Assembly: GCA_010093815.1 (NCBI GenBank) | Contig: ML996574.1 | Length of the DNA stretch: 64,000 nucleotides | Source of the DNA: Pseudovirgaria hyperparasitica | Lineage: Eukaryota | Reading direction: 5' to 3' (one strand) | Part shown: piece by piece, positions 22,231 to 34,538 of the stretch | How positions within the stretch are numbered: the first letter of the stretch is position 1 | Layout of the letters: every line of letters starts with the position of its first letter | Translations under genes and position numbers: made by a program | Notes under the pieces: generated by a model | What the model saw: the letters and a program-made list of their open reading frames with translations, nothing else | What the model was told of the DNA's origin: nothing | The model's database searches: none

Positions 22231-25200
22231 CGTATACATATGACTAACAACTTGTGACTGGTCTCTATGCTGTTGATATCCCCTCGTGGGTAGGCAGTGC
22301 ACCACAACACGTACAGGTCATTCTCGGACCTTCAAATTGACAAAGAGCCAGAAGCTATCCACGACTATCAGGACAACGAAAGTCGCCCCTATCGACCGGA
22401 AAGGGACTAAGGGTTATCCTACCAGTAAGGATCAGTCGTGGTAGCTTACACTTTCTACCACTTTGCCAAGGACGAGTTGGTGTGGTTATTACTCTTACCA
22501 CTTAGGGCCGATCTTGACACGCTGGTCTATAGAAGAATTACTCAGGAGAATTGAGACATATACCTCTTCTGTAAAGTTGCTGTGTCGAACTTCCGGATAA
22601 AAACCTTTCTTATACTCCAAAAATCACATGAGGGTCCGCAGCCCGGACGACGGTGAGAATTTGAGATAGAGTACGCTCGAGCAAGAATAACTTCTTAGAT
22701 ATCCCAGCGGATGAATTTGTCTTCAGTACATGTAACCATGTAACTTGGCGATGATGGAACTATTAGTGAGAATGCGCTTACGTAGACCCGGTCGGGTATA
22801 CGTCCGGGAATGATGGTGCTATACTCATCCCTTTTATCAACGAGAACGAGTGGTGTGAGATAGTCGACAAAGCTGAGTGGTGAGACACTCAATGCTTTTC
22901 TTAGGACGAGACTGAGCCCATCGACTTGGTCGTACAAGTATCGCGCGAAGGTGACGCCATGCTTAGTGATAGGAAACGCTGTTCTGCTGATCGTCAGTAG
23001 ACGAAAGGTGGCGATGTGAACTGTAAGGTGGACTGTTGGATTTCTAGTTGGAAGCCTCCTATGCTTTCTGTTTCCATCAGTATAGAGGGCCCGAACCCAC
23101 CGAAAGTGAAACGTTGTTATCAATGAAAGATGTGGCATGATCCTTTGGGCCACTGAAATACTACATTCTGTTCAGTCCTTAACACTGACAAGGTCCTACA
23201 AGTGGGGTCTGACGGCGTTGGCACGAGGGATCCCTACAGCATGAGGTGTCCGTCTTTCCCCATTGATAATTAAGAAAATGCATATTGCACTCACGTATCA
23301 TTGAACACAGATAAAAAGAACTGATTGAGCTACAGTAAAGGCAAGCTCATATGACTGGTCGTCCAGGAAAGGAATCATGGGCATCCGTCGGAATCTACAC
23401 CTGCATCATCAAACATCCCGTAAACGCCCTCAACAGCTCTCGACCCAAAGCAAACTCTGACGAAGTACCTCGATATACGTGATACTATACAAGTCTTGAC
23501 ATAATATGAGCCGCACGGGGTGACTGTTCTGAGTCTACATCTTAGTCCAATGTACATCTTCCACCTTCTCCATAACCAGCCGAATCGGCTTCAGCTTGAT
23601 CTGCTTGGCCAGACTCTTCTCCCTCTTCCCTTCTTTCTCAGCGCGTCTTTAGTGCGGCCCTGCTTCGATCGCGGAATGCTCCTATCGAAGATCTTCGTCG
23701 TGACTGTTTGGCCTGATGGGGTGTTGATATTATCAGTAGGGCATCAGGACATAGGGTAATGAGCATACGCCGAGTCAAAAGCACGACATGATCAATAACA
23801 AAGAGTACGAGTCAACGCGAGGATTGGCATGCTCTGAAAAGCAGCTTGAGTGTTAGTAATGAAATGAATGCTTGGTGAGATGGAAGATCTCGTCTGACCA
23901 AAGAGAACAAATTGAAGGCACTGTTGACTGTTGGACGGGTGCTTTTCAGACGGTATCCCGAGAGCTAGTAACCTTATAGGGATGGATCTCGTTACAGGCA
24001 ATGAGCAGAAGGAACGACATTAAACTAGAGCACGCCACCTCAGCTTAAGATCCCTATCCGCTCTACCATTATCCAACATCACAACCAGCTATCGTCTATC
24101 ATGTATTACACGTACATACGCACTAATTCAAAGTATAACTCCATGATTGTCTCGGCTGGATCACATCATCTGAGGCGTACCTATCTACATTGCTGGTAAT
24201 CTTATCACACTCTTATACATCTAGCCCGAAAGCAAGTATGTCATACGCGACAAGCGCGCGGATGCAACTGCTTTACTGGGCTTCATTCTGTTTCCAAGGG
24301 TTTTGCACGTTGGGTAAGGTTGTTTGCGGCCGTATGGATGCCCGCGCCGCAATTCTTCGCAGAACAAGCGAGGTTTCCTTGCTGAAAACGAACACCCACA
24401 AGCCAACGCAACAGCGAGAGAGCATCAACAAGACGTCAGAAGCTGCAAACCATTGCGATGACATTTCGATCGGTGTCGAGCGAATTGAACTGTGCTTTCT
24501 CACTAACATCTCTTTTCTTTCTTCGATGCTCTCCCTTGCAGCTTTTCATTTTCGCGAATCCTTAAAAACCCCAATATACTTCCGCGAACGTCACTGTTTG
24601 CATGGCTGCTCGAGCCTCGCCCCGACCCGGTCAGTGGGACGTTGCACAGAGCACGATCTTCGACGTTATAAAACACATCGTTCAGATTCTCAACCCTGCA
24701 CAATGTAGCTAGCGAAGGGTGGAGATATCAAGTCGCACATGACATATCTCCTCTGAGCATTCTTCATTTCAGTCCCACAGGTCTTCTTTGTCTCTTCAAG
24801 AATTCGAATCGAGTCCCACGTTCGAAGCCCTTTCTGCTATCGAAGTCTACGATTTTATGCAACCCTGTTATACTATTACAACGGTAGTTCAGACCTCTAC
24901 CAATCTCTCACGTTGTCGCTTTTTGAGAAACACCTGTCGAACCGCCTCAGGTATCCTCGCAGGCTACAACCCTTTCGCCGGGCCCTATCAACTGGCCACG
25001 ATGCGATCGTCCCCCCTACACACGGGCGGTACATTACGAGAGAGGACGATATTCCGACCGCCACTCCTCATGCTCATGAGATGCGCGCACACTATGCCAT
25101 TTTCGTCATGCTGTAACTACCAGACCTCCTCACCTCCTAGTTAAGAATCCCCTCATCCTGCGCGATAGACTGGCCCCAGCGCGTGATGGGCTTAGTATGG

Positions 25201-26276
25201 CAAGCCGCACGATCATGTAGAGTAATCGCATGATTATGTAGAGGAACTGCGTTTATACGTGGACGAGCCGAGAAGGCGCGGGCTAGAAAATGGTATAAGC
25301 GCAGAATTCGAGGTCTATCTGTACTAAGGGGGATCTTCAGAAACTCTCGTTAAGGAGTCGTCTGTGATTGTTCAGGGGATTGGATGGTTGGGAGTCTGAG
25401 ATCAAATAAGCATGTCGAGATCGAGGTAACCTGTAGGCGAGAGCATGACTTGGAGGGCAGACAAGTTTCGTGTCGAGCATAGTGCTACAGATATTTAGGC
25501 TGATCTGGATTCTATTCGAGAAGCCACACGCTCAGGTCTTAGGTTTCAGTGTAATGGCGGTTGATTTTGGCAATTCGTATTGTTTTCTCGTAGCACGGAG
25601 TTTGTGCTAAGTCTCAAGAGGTTTTGCATATCTCATCTCTGCTCAATGTCCGTTTTCGACAAATATCGAGTTAGTGAAGTCATACTTGGAGACAAAGGGA
25701 ATTCGCGCAGATGACCATATGGTATCTTGCGGTGGGGACAATTTTTACCCGCCATCTCAAGAGCTTGACATATTCGACATTCCTCGCTTTCGCTTGTTTA
25801 CTCAGCACAAAGACTTTAGAACTATTCAGCGAGGCTAAATCATAGACACATGCTTCTGGCACCATCTCCCTTTCAGGGCTTCGTATTCGATTTTCTGACT
25901 TACGATCGTTTGCATACATAGCATGTTGAAAACAGCGTAGCGAGCTCCATTCGTCCATTCGTACATCCGTTCTCGCTCCGTTATGAACGCTTTTCCTTTG
26001 ATCTTCGCATTCTTTTCATCCTGCGAGACCCAATTTTAATGGATCAAGACGTATTTTTCAGCAATCCTCTTCTTTTCCTCGTCTCTTCCAGTCCTTTTCC
26101 TTGTCATCGTCATGCATGATGTACGAGTCAGTCAAATTCCTTTGGCCTCGTTCTTTGCGAACTGGTGGCCGATGAACATCCTCTGTGAGATTGACCCTGA
26201 GAAAAGCAAACCCTTTGTTTCCTTGTTGCCGCGCCTCCCCAAGAGCCTCTATAAGAGACGTGACTCGTGAGGCAGG

Positions 26277-27606
26277 ATGCATTTACTTTCCGTATCAGAG
26301 ATTCATTTCATCAGTCCAGCCTCCAGGCAGCGCCAAATGGAACAAACGAACATTTTGAAACAGCCACCTCATCCGTACCTTATCAAATGGAAGGAATTTG
26401 AAGCCAAACAGCCTCTATTCCCGCTAGAACTTATCAAGAGGATCACTAAACTAGTGGAGCTCGATAAAGGCAATTGTCACGTCATGAACGAGTTGATTCG
26501 ACAATGGTACAAAGAGATTGCAAATGACTACATTGAGGAGAATCAAAAGATCAATCCATACTTCGGGCCGCCCAGTAACCTCATGCATCCTGATAATTCT
26601 TATTCGAATGATAAATATAATGCATGGCCCTGTACAGCTGAGACACTAGATTCATACAGGGCTTGGGTCGATAGCAGTATACTCCCCGATCTGGGGACTG
26701 TTGCTGAGTCCGTTTCGTACGTCAGGGAAGCGTAATTTTGATTGAGAATGTTACATCGCTAACATGAACAGAGCGCAACACCAAATCAAGTTTGCCAGTC
26801 TAGGAGAACTTGGAGATTCTGAATGGCTTGAAGAAAATCCATGGGGCTATCGTCAACCTGTTTATAACATGGGCTGCAATCTAAGGAATACGCTACCTGA
26901 TGAGGAAAAAGTTCAGGAAATCACAGTAAATTACAAAACGTTATCTGAGGGCTCAGAAGACGCATCGAAAGCCTTATTAGACAAAGTCATAGCTGTCTCG
27001 GACCGTCATCCTATCACCAAGATAGTCGCTTTCGGACTTGGGCCACTCGACAGTCTCCCCTCGACAGAATTTGCCTTTAATGAGAAAAAAGCTTGCGTCT
27101 ATCAGCACGAGTTCGTCATTTCCTTACAAGAGAAGTTAACAAGTAAATACGACAGCCCAGTCCAGCTGGTATTGCAGGATACTTCTTACACCCCCGCGGC
27201 AAAGAAGGTCCTCGAATCGCGGAACGAGAGCAAAGCTCCATTCGTCACATATCACGAAGGCCTCATTCACATTGACGATGCTACACTCGTCTTCTGGCAT
27301 TCCCTTGACGGCGCACTGCCTATGCCACAGGTTTTGACGGGACTTCCTCTTCCTGCAGCCATTATTTGCGAAGATCTTGAGAGATATAAACTGCTGAAGG
27401 AGGAATTAGAACGGCAGGGGAGCCCACATGGACGATACATCATGCCAAGCATGCAGCCTTCGCCGAGAAGCGAGAAGATGTTCAATAAGTATGATAGATA
27501 TGAAGTTGATTACAAGCTAGATTCTGATAGATTGGGCGAGATCCTAGTACCTGGTCATAAGAGGCGGGATCATATCAACACTATCGACTTGTTTGTGCGT
27601 AAGTAA
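26277..27606 (+). CDS. SRR1-like domain protein, two exons (26277 or 26337 to 26716; 26772-27606)
   Basis: Intron 26717-26771 GTACGT...GCTAAC...ACAG joins the two ORFs in frame. Motifs ITKIVAFGLG, YQHEF, QDTSYT, GLIHIDDATLVF and LPAAIIC are typical of fungal SRR1-like proteins. Confidence 0.8.
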
Positions 27607-29535
27607 GTCGATGGACTTCGAACTTCCTGAAGGCAGTGTTCGCGAAGACGTCAATCCTGTGTACGTTGTTGCGAACTAGCTTCGTTTTGCTGTTTTGTCT
27701 CACTTGGTTTTACGTTCATTGGAGTCTTTTCTCGTTTAATGTCTGTCGTTTACAGAATGTCTCTCATTTTCATGCTCTCATCATGTCTCTCTCCGTCAAA
27801 CTTTCATTCACACCGTGTCTCTCGTTTTAATCCTGTCACTTTCCTCATTAACTAGTGTCTCTTCAATCTATGCGTCCTCAGTCATAACTAGCTCTTCCGT
27901 TCCTGTTGCTTTTATCAGCAAGTGTGTGCCATCAGCAAGTGTGTGCCATCATCAAATCTCTACCATCAACACGTCTCTTCCATCCACCTCAGTTCCCCTA
28001 TTCTCCCTCGTCACATCTCCCTATATTTGAGTCTCATTCTAATTAAATCTCTTGTCGTAGGCGGTCATAGCTCGATGGTCAGTGAAAGTCGCGGAGTTGA
28101 ACTTGTTCTCCTGTAATCGTGCCGGCTCCGGGGTAGCACTGTCTGCATCGGCGTTGCCAGCCTCCACGATTGGTTTCCCTCGTTTCTTAAACCCTGATCG
28201 TCTTCTTGACTCGCTGAGACGTGTCTCCCCGGCTTTGCCCCTGTTCGAAGGATCCCCAATCCATATGCGGGTTTCAAGCGTCCCGAGACCAGCTGGGGAT
28301 CAACCGAAATCATGTCTTTTTTCGTCTTCATATCAGTAAAGAATATCGTAAGCTCTACAGCCCCGGCAATCTTGTAGGCTACTATTCACATCTAGCGGCC
28401 TCCAATGAATGTCCCAGAACGCACATCGATCTTTCGATTGTGAATTGCATCCATCCATCGATAACAGGGATAGAATGCATGGTATTCAGAGCCAAGAGAA
28501 GCGCAGATAATTTGTATGCATACCGTCTAACATGGAGGCTACAAGTAAGTCTTCGATTGGTAGATTCAAAGATCTCGATAGTCTGGCGTGTAGTTTAGCT
28601 TATGAAATCTGCCATAGAGTAAAATGGCGCATATACGGAATATGATCTACTGAAATCGAAGGAGTCTGTGTATAACGGGTAGGGCGTTGGAGACTCATCC
28701 TCCTTACTAAGGTTGCCACATTTGTATGTTGACTCCTACAGCCACACCTGCTACTATGATCAGGAGCCGCAGTCGGTATTACTTGAAGTTTGGTGCCGCG
28801 CGTTGCTAGTTTTTCTTGGCTGGACAGGCTACAGACAGACCTACTTGTGGCCCACTAGTTCTGTGGCGGTGCGCATCCACGTCACGTGTAGACTCTAAGC
28901 GTGCTAAGATATACCCGGCAGCTAGCACCATCGACGTCATCGTGTATGGGGATCAACCACATATCATGTATAGCCTTGAGTTAGACGATACCTACACGAG
29001 CAACAGGAGGCGTGCAGTATCTACTTTAGGGCTATATATACTTATACCAAGCATGTGGTGTAGGTCTGTAGCTGTACGGTTGACCACAAGGCCAGCAGCA
29101 GGTAGATGCTACACATCTATGAGGTCATCAACGTAAGGTAGACCTCACTTCCAAGCCACGCCATAAACAGTCTGCCCAGGTGAAAGAGAAGTTGACACGA
29201 TTCACGAGACTAATTACACTACACAACACTACTGTCCAACATCCAGCATTCAGGCTTGACGTCCTGCAGATCTTCAAGCTAATCACTCCGCTAGTGCAGC
29301 AGCGGTGAGTACCTATAGCCCTTCATTTGTTGCCCCGCTCATGCCGGCGCTTGCATCGAATGGCTCGGAATAATGACGACAGCACCAAGATGGTGCTGCT
29401 TGAGCTACTTTTACATGCTCGTTGTCAAGCTTCCCTTGTTCTTTGTCAAGCTTCCCTTGCTCTCAACTTCGCCTATCTACTCATACCCCAGCTTCACTTC
29501 CCACGATACTCTGTTGTCTTGCTAATTGATTCCCG

Positions 29536-32500
29536 ATGGAGAAGGTCCAGGACGCTCTGTACGCCTGTTTGCATACTCCACTTATAGATCCTGTTCACTA
29601 ACCTTCGTCTAGCAATCCCGGCCACGAAAAGGACGACCAAGTTCTTTACCAGTCTGATCCCGCCAAGGAAAAGGCTTCCACGTCCGCTCCACTTGATAGC
29701 ACAGCATCGCAGAGCTCGTCCAAAGTCGAGAAGGTCAGTACAGGTGACAAAATCAAGTCAAAGCTTGGAAGCATGTACGTTCGCTCCTAAACTACATCGA
29801 ATTGGCTCATGTCCTTCAGATTCAAGCGTGACAAAGCCGACGAAAATCGGTCCTCCACATCATCATCTGTGCCAGCGCCGGTAAAATCTGCAACGAATAT
29901 ACAGCCGGACTCTTCTCGTGATTCAGGTCAAGCTGGTCCCGTCGGAGCAGAGGCAGGAAGCGCAGCAAGTGTCAAGTCTGGAGTAGTCGGCCAGTCTCCT
30001 GAAAAGAAGCTTGCATCAATTGCCCCGCAGACAGAGACCACTCCTTCTATCCTACCATCAGCTGCTTCTCCTGGTGGAATAGCTGGTGTTGGCATTGCTT
30101 CACAAGTCAATTCAGACGCTCCAGCTCCGACGAGCTCTTTGCCTCCACCAGGAACGGCTACCAGCGCAATTCCGGTCGCGTCTCAGAAACAGACTTCATA
30201 CTCACCGATTCATCGTCAGGCACCTGTTTCGACCACTGCGACCATAACCGCTCCAACCACCCAGCAGACACAGGGATCATCAGCTACGATAGCTCCTGCG
30301 GCTGCTACACCCAAAGATAACACTGCTAGAGAAGCTACTTTGGGAGTGGCAGGACTGACCGGCGGAGCATTCTTAGGCGACACAGCACTGACTTCCATTG
30401 GAACGGGGCCATCTGAGACGAGTGAACCAATCTCCACCACTTCACGCGCCACTATCACAGGATCAGGTGACTCTGCTGCCGGAACGGCTTTACCCGGTGG
30501 AACATACGTAAGTATTCCATAAGACATTGATATAGCCGCGCATATTCTAACGAGACTCCTGTTGCAGACAGCTACGTCATACAAGCTTGAGTCTGGCGAT
30601 CCTGCACCTGAACAATCTCCACCTTATCCGACTCCTGCCGGGAATCTTCCTGGGAATTACGGTATAAAAAGCTCGGTCGCAGACATGAATCAAGGTACGG
30701 CTATTGACACTGAGGCCGACGATGGCAGGGATGCTGGTCAGCAATATATTGAGTCTCGAGCGCGTGGTAGTTTGAGTCGACTTGACAGCGAACCCCTTCC
30801 AATGCCTGGTGAGTCCGAACTTCCTACATCAGCCAGTAACACAGCCTCTGACTTCTACCACAGGAAGCTTTCCAGCGCCAACGCCTATAACCGAGCAGGC
30901 CCCACCAACCTACGATCCAATTAAAGGTGTTCCGGAGGGTGGTGCATTGACGGCAGCCTCTGTGGCACTTGGGCTTGGGGGAGCCCGTGGGACTCCAAAA
31001 AACGTATCGAAGACTGCAGATACATCTCATGCTGCAACATCCTCTCAGGCTTCAACAACACTTCCATCTAGTACTGATTCGCCGGCCATCCAACCTGAGA
31101 CTGCTGCTCCAATCTCTACTAGCACGATTCCGCCAACGAACACTCCTGCGCCGGCTTCGACAAACACTACACATCCTGCAACCACGACTGAAGCTGCACC
31201 CAAGACTAGCCAGAATCACCAATATGGTCGAGACGCAGCTGTTGCAGGAGGTACAGGTGCTGCTGGGCTTGTTGCATCCCAGGCCATTTCCGGCCATGAC
31301 TCGAAAGAACCCACTACTTCCAAGCCCTCAATCGAACAGATCGCGAATTCAGGGCCCTCAGGAGCCACGCCAAATCAGCAGATTTATGGTAAAGAAGCCG
31401 TTGGAGGCATGGATTCTATTCCTGGTCCTGCTGGAGAAGTTGCTAGAGGAGGTGTTTCCCCCAATCAGGCGATATATGGAGCTTCTGCTGTTGGGGGTTT
31501 GAGTGATATTAAGAATACAGAGAGACAGCCAGAACACACGGAAGGGCATGGCAAAGAAATGATTGGAGATAGTGCAACTGCTTTGGGTGCCGGTGCAGTC
31601 GGCGGGTATGCCTTGGGCAAACCCGATGACAGACCTACTCAAACAACTACAGCAGCCGCCTCAGCAGCTTCAAGTCAACCACCACCCACAGTAATTGGTC
31701 AACCGACTAATGTAGCTCCTGAAACCCATCTTAGTCGTGACGCTGCTCTTGGTGCTGGTGTAGTTGGTGCGACCGGTGTTGGTGCGACCGGTGTTGGTGC
31801 GACCGGTGTTGGTGCGACCGGTGTTGGTGCTTATGCTTTGAACCGCGAGCACGAAAAAGGTCCTTTGTCTCAACAGCCCATAACTACCGCCCCTGTCTCC
31901 ACTCAGCAGTCGAATATTCCTGATCCGGCTGCTCAGATCACTCAGCCTGGTCAAGCTATTACAACAGACGCCAAACATGAGGTTGCGCCAGTCGAAACAG
32001 AGAAAGACTCTGAGAGCACGGGCAAAGTGGCAGCTGGCGTGGCTGGTGCAGCTGGCCTTGTCGGTGCCGGTGCCTACGGTCTTCACGAGCACCAAGCAAA
32101 GGAACGAGAAGCTGAACAAGCTCGTCAGGCCGAGGAAGCTGCTCACGTGCAGAAAGTTCAGGCTAAGGAGGCTGAGGAGCATCAAAAGGCTGCAGAGAAA
32201 GAACACAAGAAGGAAGCCAAAGAGGCCGAGAAGGAGCACAAAAAGGAAATCAAAGAAGCCGAAAAGGAGCACAAGAAGGAAGTGAAGGAAGCCGAAAAGG
32301 AACACAAGAAAGAGCAGAAGGCTGCCGAGAAAGAGGCCGAGAAGGAGCAGAAGAAGCACGAAAAGCTCGTCGCCAAAGAAGAGAAAGAGCACGAGAAGGC
32401 TGTCCTAAAAGAGCAAAAGGAACAGGAGAAAGAAGCTCAAAAATTAGAAAAAGAGCATCAAAAGGAGGCTGAACGCCGGGAGAAGGAGAGACAAAAGGAA

Positions 32501-33448
32501 CTCGAACGTGAAGAAAAGGAGAAGAAGAAGGCTGAGAAGGGTGGCTTCCTAGGTCTCTTCAAGAAGGACAAAGATGGCAAAGATACTGATGAACTAGTGG
32601 ACGAGAAAGATGAGAGTCATCGTGGCAGAGATGCTGCTGTCGTGGGCGGTGCTGGAGCTGCTGGCGTTGGTGCTTATGAAGCAATCAAGCATCATGATGA
32701 GCCTGTATCGACTGTGGCATCAGACCCTACGTCAGCCGCGGCAACTGATCTCACGTCGACTACTGCAGCTGAGCCCATGGGACGCACTGACCCTATCCAT
32801 GCGCAAGAGCAACAAATTCATCCTGTAGGCGATGCTGCTATCGCTCCTAACCCCTATACCACAACCCAGCACCAGTCTACAACCACAACCGACCCAACGC
32901 TCGTCAAGGACTCTCAAGCCGACACCCACCATAGCAAAGAAGCTGCCGCTGTAGCCGGTACAGGCGTCGCGGGCGTCGGCGCATACGAAACCGCCCAGCG
33001 CCATGATGAGCGTTCCGCAACGGATGCAACAACATCCACCCACGATGAAGTTCCGCGGGCATCCACCGACACTCCCGACTCAGAGCGCAAGCACAAAGGA
33101 CTATCGTCGCTGTTCAAGCGCAAAGACAAGGAAGGCTCGCAGCGCGGCTCCGTCGACGAAGACCGTCCGTCGGGCGAGCACTCGTCCTTTGGCACGCCAG
33201 AGCGCTCAGCCATCGGATATGCGAGCCACGAGGGCCGGAACAAGCTCCACAAGGAGCCGCCGAAGAAGTGGTTGAAAGAGCACGGCATCGATCCGTAAGT
33301 CTTGACTGCTTGCCTATTCCGACCGTGCCTGGACACTGACAATGATACCAGGGAAACTCACGAACCACTCCACGGCTCAGACCCAAACACCACCACTACC
33401 GCCGTAGCAACAGACGCAGACACAAGCGCTGAAGGCTACCGCGGATAA
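29536..33448 (+). CDS. Large six-exon intrinsically disordered repeat protein (Ala/Gly/Thr-rich, with an E/K-rich helical block)
   Basis: Introns 29559-29612, 29775-29819, 30508-30567, 30809-30863 and 33295-33351, all GT-AG, give one frame from [20 protein letters not shown] through MPGSFP, (H)xGRDAA repeats and RNKLHKEPP to ...SAEGYRG*. Confidence 0.88.
31763..31830 (+). repeat. Coding 15-bp tandem repeat (GTTGGTGCGACCGGT)x4.5, encoding VGATG
   Basis: Perfect copies, directly visible. Confidence 0.95.
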
Positions 33449-34538
33449 ACCCTTCACCCATCCACTATAAACCCCGAATCTCTAAATGGCAGACAACTTT
33501 GAATAGTTCCCTCCCACATGCAAGACATGATCACTTCATACCCACTCCCCTCGTAATGTCTCTCTGTGTATCTCCTTATTATTCCTATCTCTCTCTCTCC
33601 ACAGACGCACACACATATATATGTGTATATATATATGTATATATAAATGCATATATCCGCACCCAAGTTCCTCTCACGTCCATATAACGATCTAATGACA
33701 CGAAAACATGTATGCAAAGTGAAGTAACAGTCATAACACCCAAGTCTACGAGTGGTTCTGTCTAACCCATGTTACTTTTGCATGATGTGATTACATAATA
33801 TAATAAACCACCCTCCATAATCCGTCTGCTTCTGTGACTTCTCATGTCAGACCTAGTTGTGTGTTCTCTCACACGTATTTGTACGGCTATGCACGCACAA
33901 ACTCAACTCCACCTCCAAAAGAGGTAAGTTCCACGAGCAAGCACACGTCCACAACAATACAACAACAACTTAACAAACGACGAACGACACGTCATGAATC
34001 AAATTACGCGCCCCTCTGACACAGGGGCGATATACATACATATATGCATACCTACACACATACAACCGTATAGCCCCGTACAATGCGTGATGAATGCAGT
34101 CCCCCGCGATAAAGGACGACATCAAGCTCGGTGATGGGATATATATATGTGTGCGCGTAGATAAAACCGCAAAGAAACGCAAATAAAAAGAGCAAAGGAC
34201 AACAAATCTATCAGTTTCATCCCCCGATATCCGCTTTCAATGCACCGCCGCCGACCTGTTCCGGGCGCCTTGAGAAAAAAGAAAGAAAAAAGGCCGATAA
34301 AACAGTTGGAACATTGAAGGTTTATGTATGTGTGACATGCTTGCCTGCCTGCCTTTCTGACACGTAATAGTGTGCAGAAATGAAAACCGAGGTATATATC
34401 TAGACAGTTGATGGAAGAGAAATCGCGGAGAGAAAAAGGGCGGTTGTGTAAATGTTACCCGATGGGAAAATATGGGCTTCGAGTGGGTAGCTGAGCATCT
34501 TCTCGGTCGTTGTCGTGGTCATCGTCGTCATCCGACTC

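Noticed and set aside
30782..30924. Overlapping ORFs suggesting a programmed frameshift
   Set aside because: Fully explained by a canonical intron at 30809-30863 (GTGAGT...CTGAC...CAG), which yields MPGSFP.
31670..32392. Hydrophobic 240-aa antisense ORF, and similar antisense ORFs over other genes
   Set aside because: Shadow of the E/K-rich sense coding strand.
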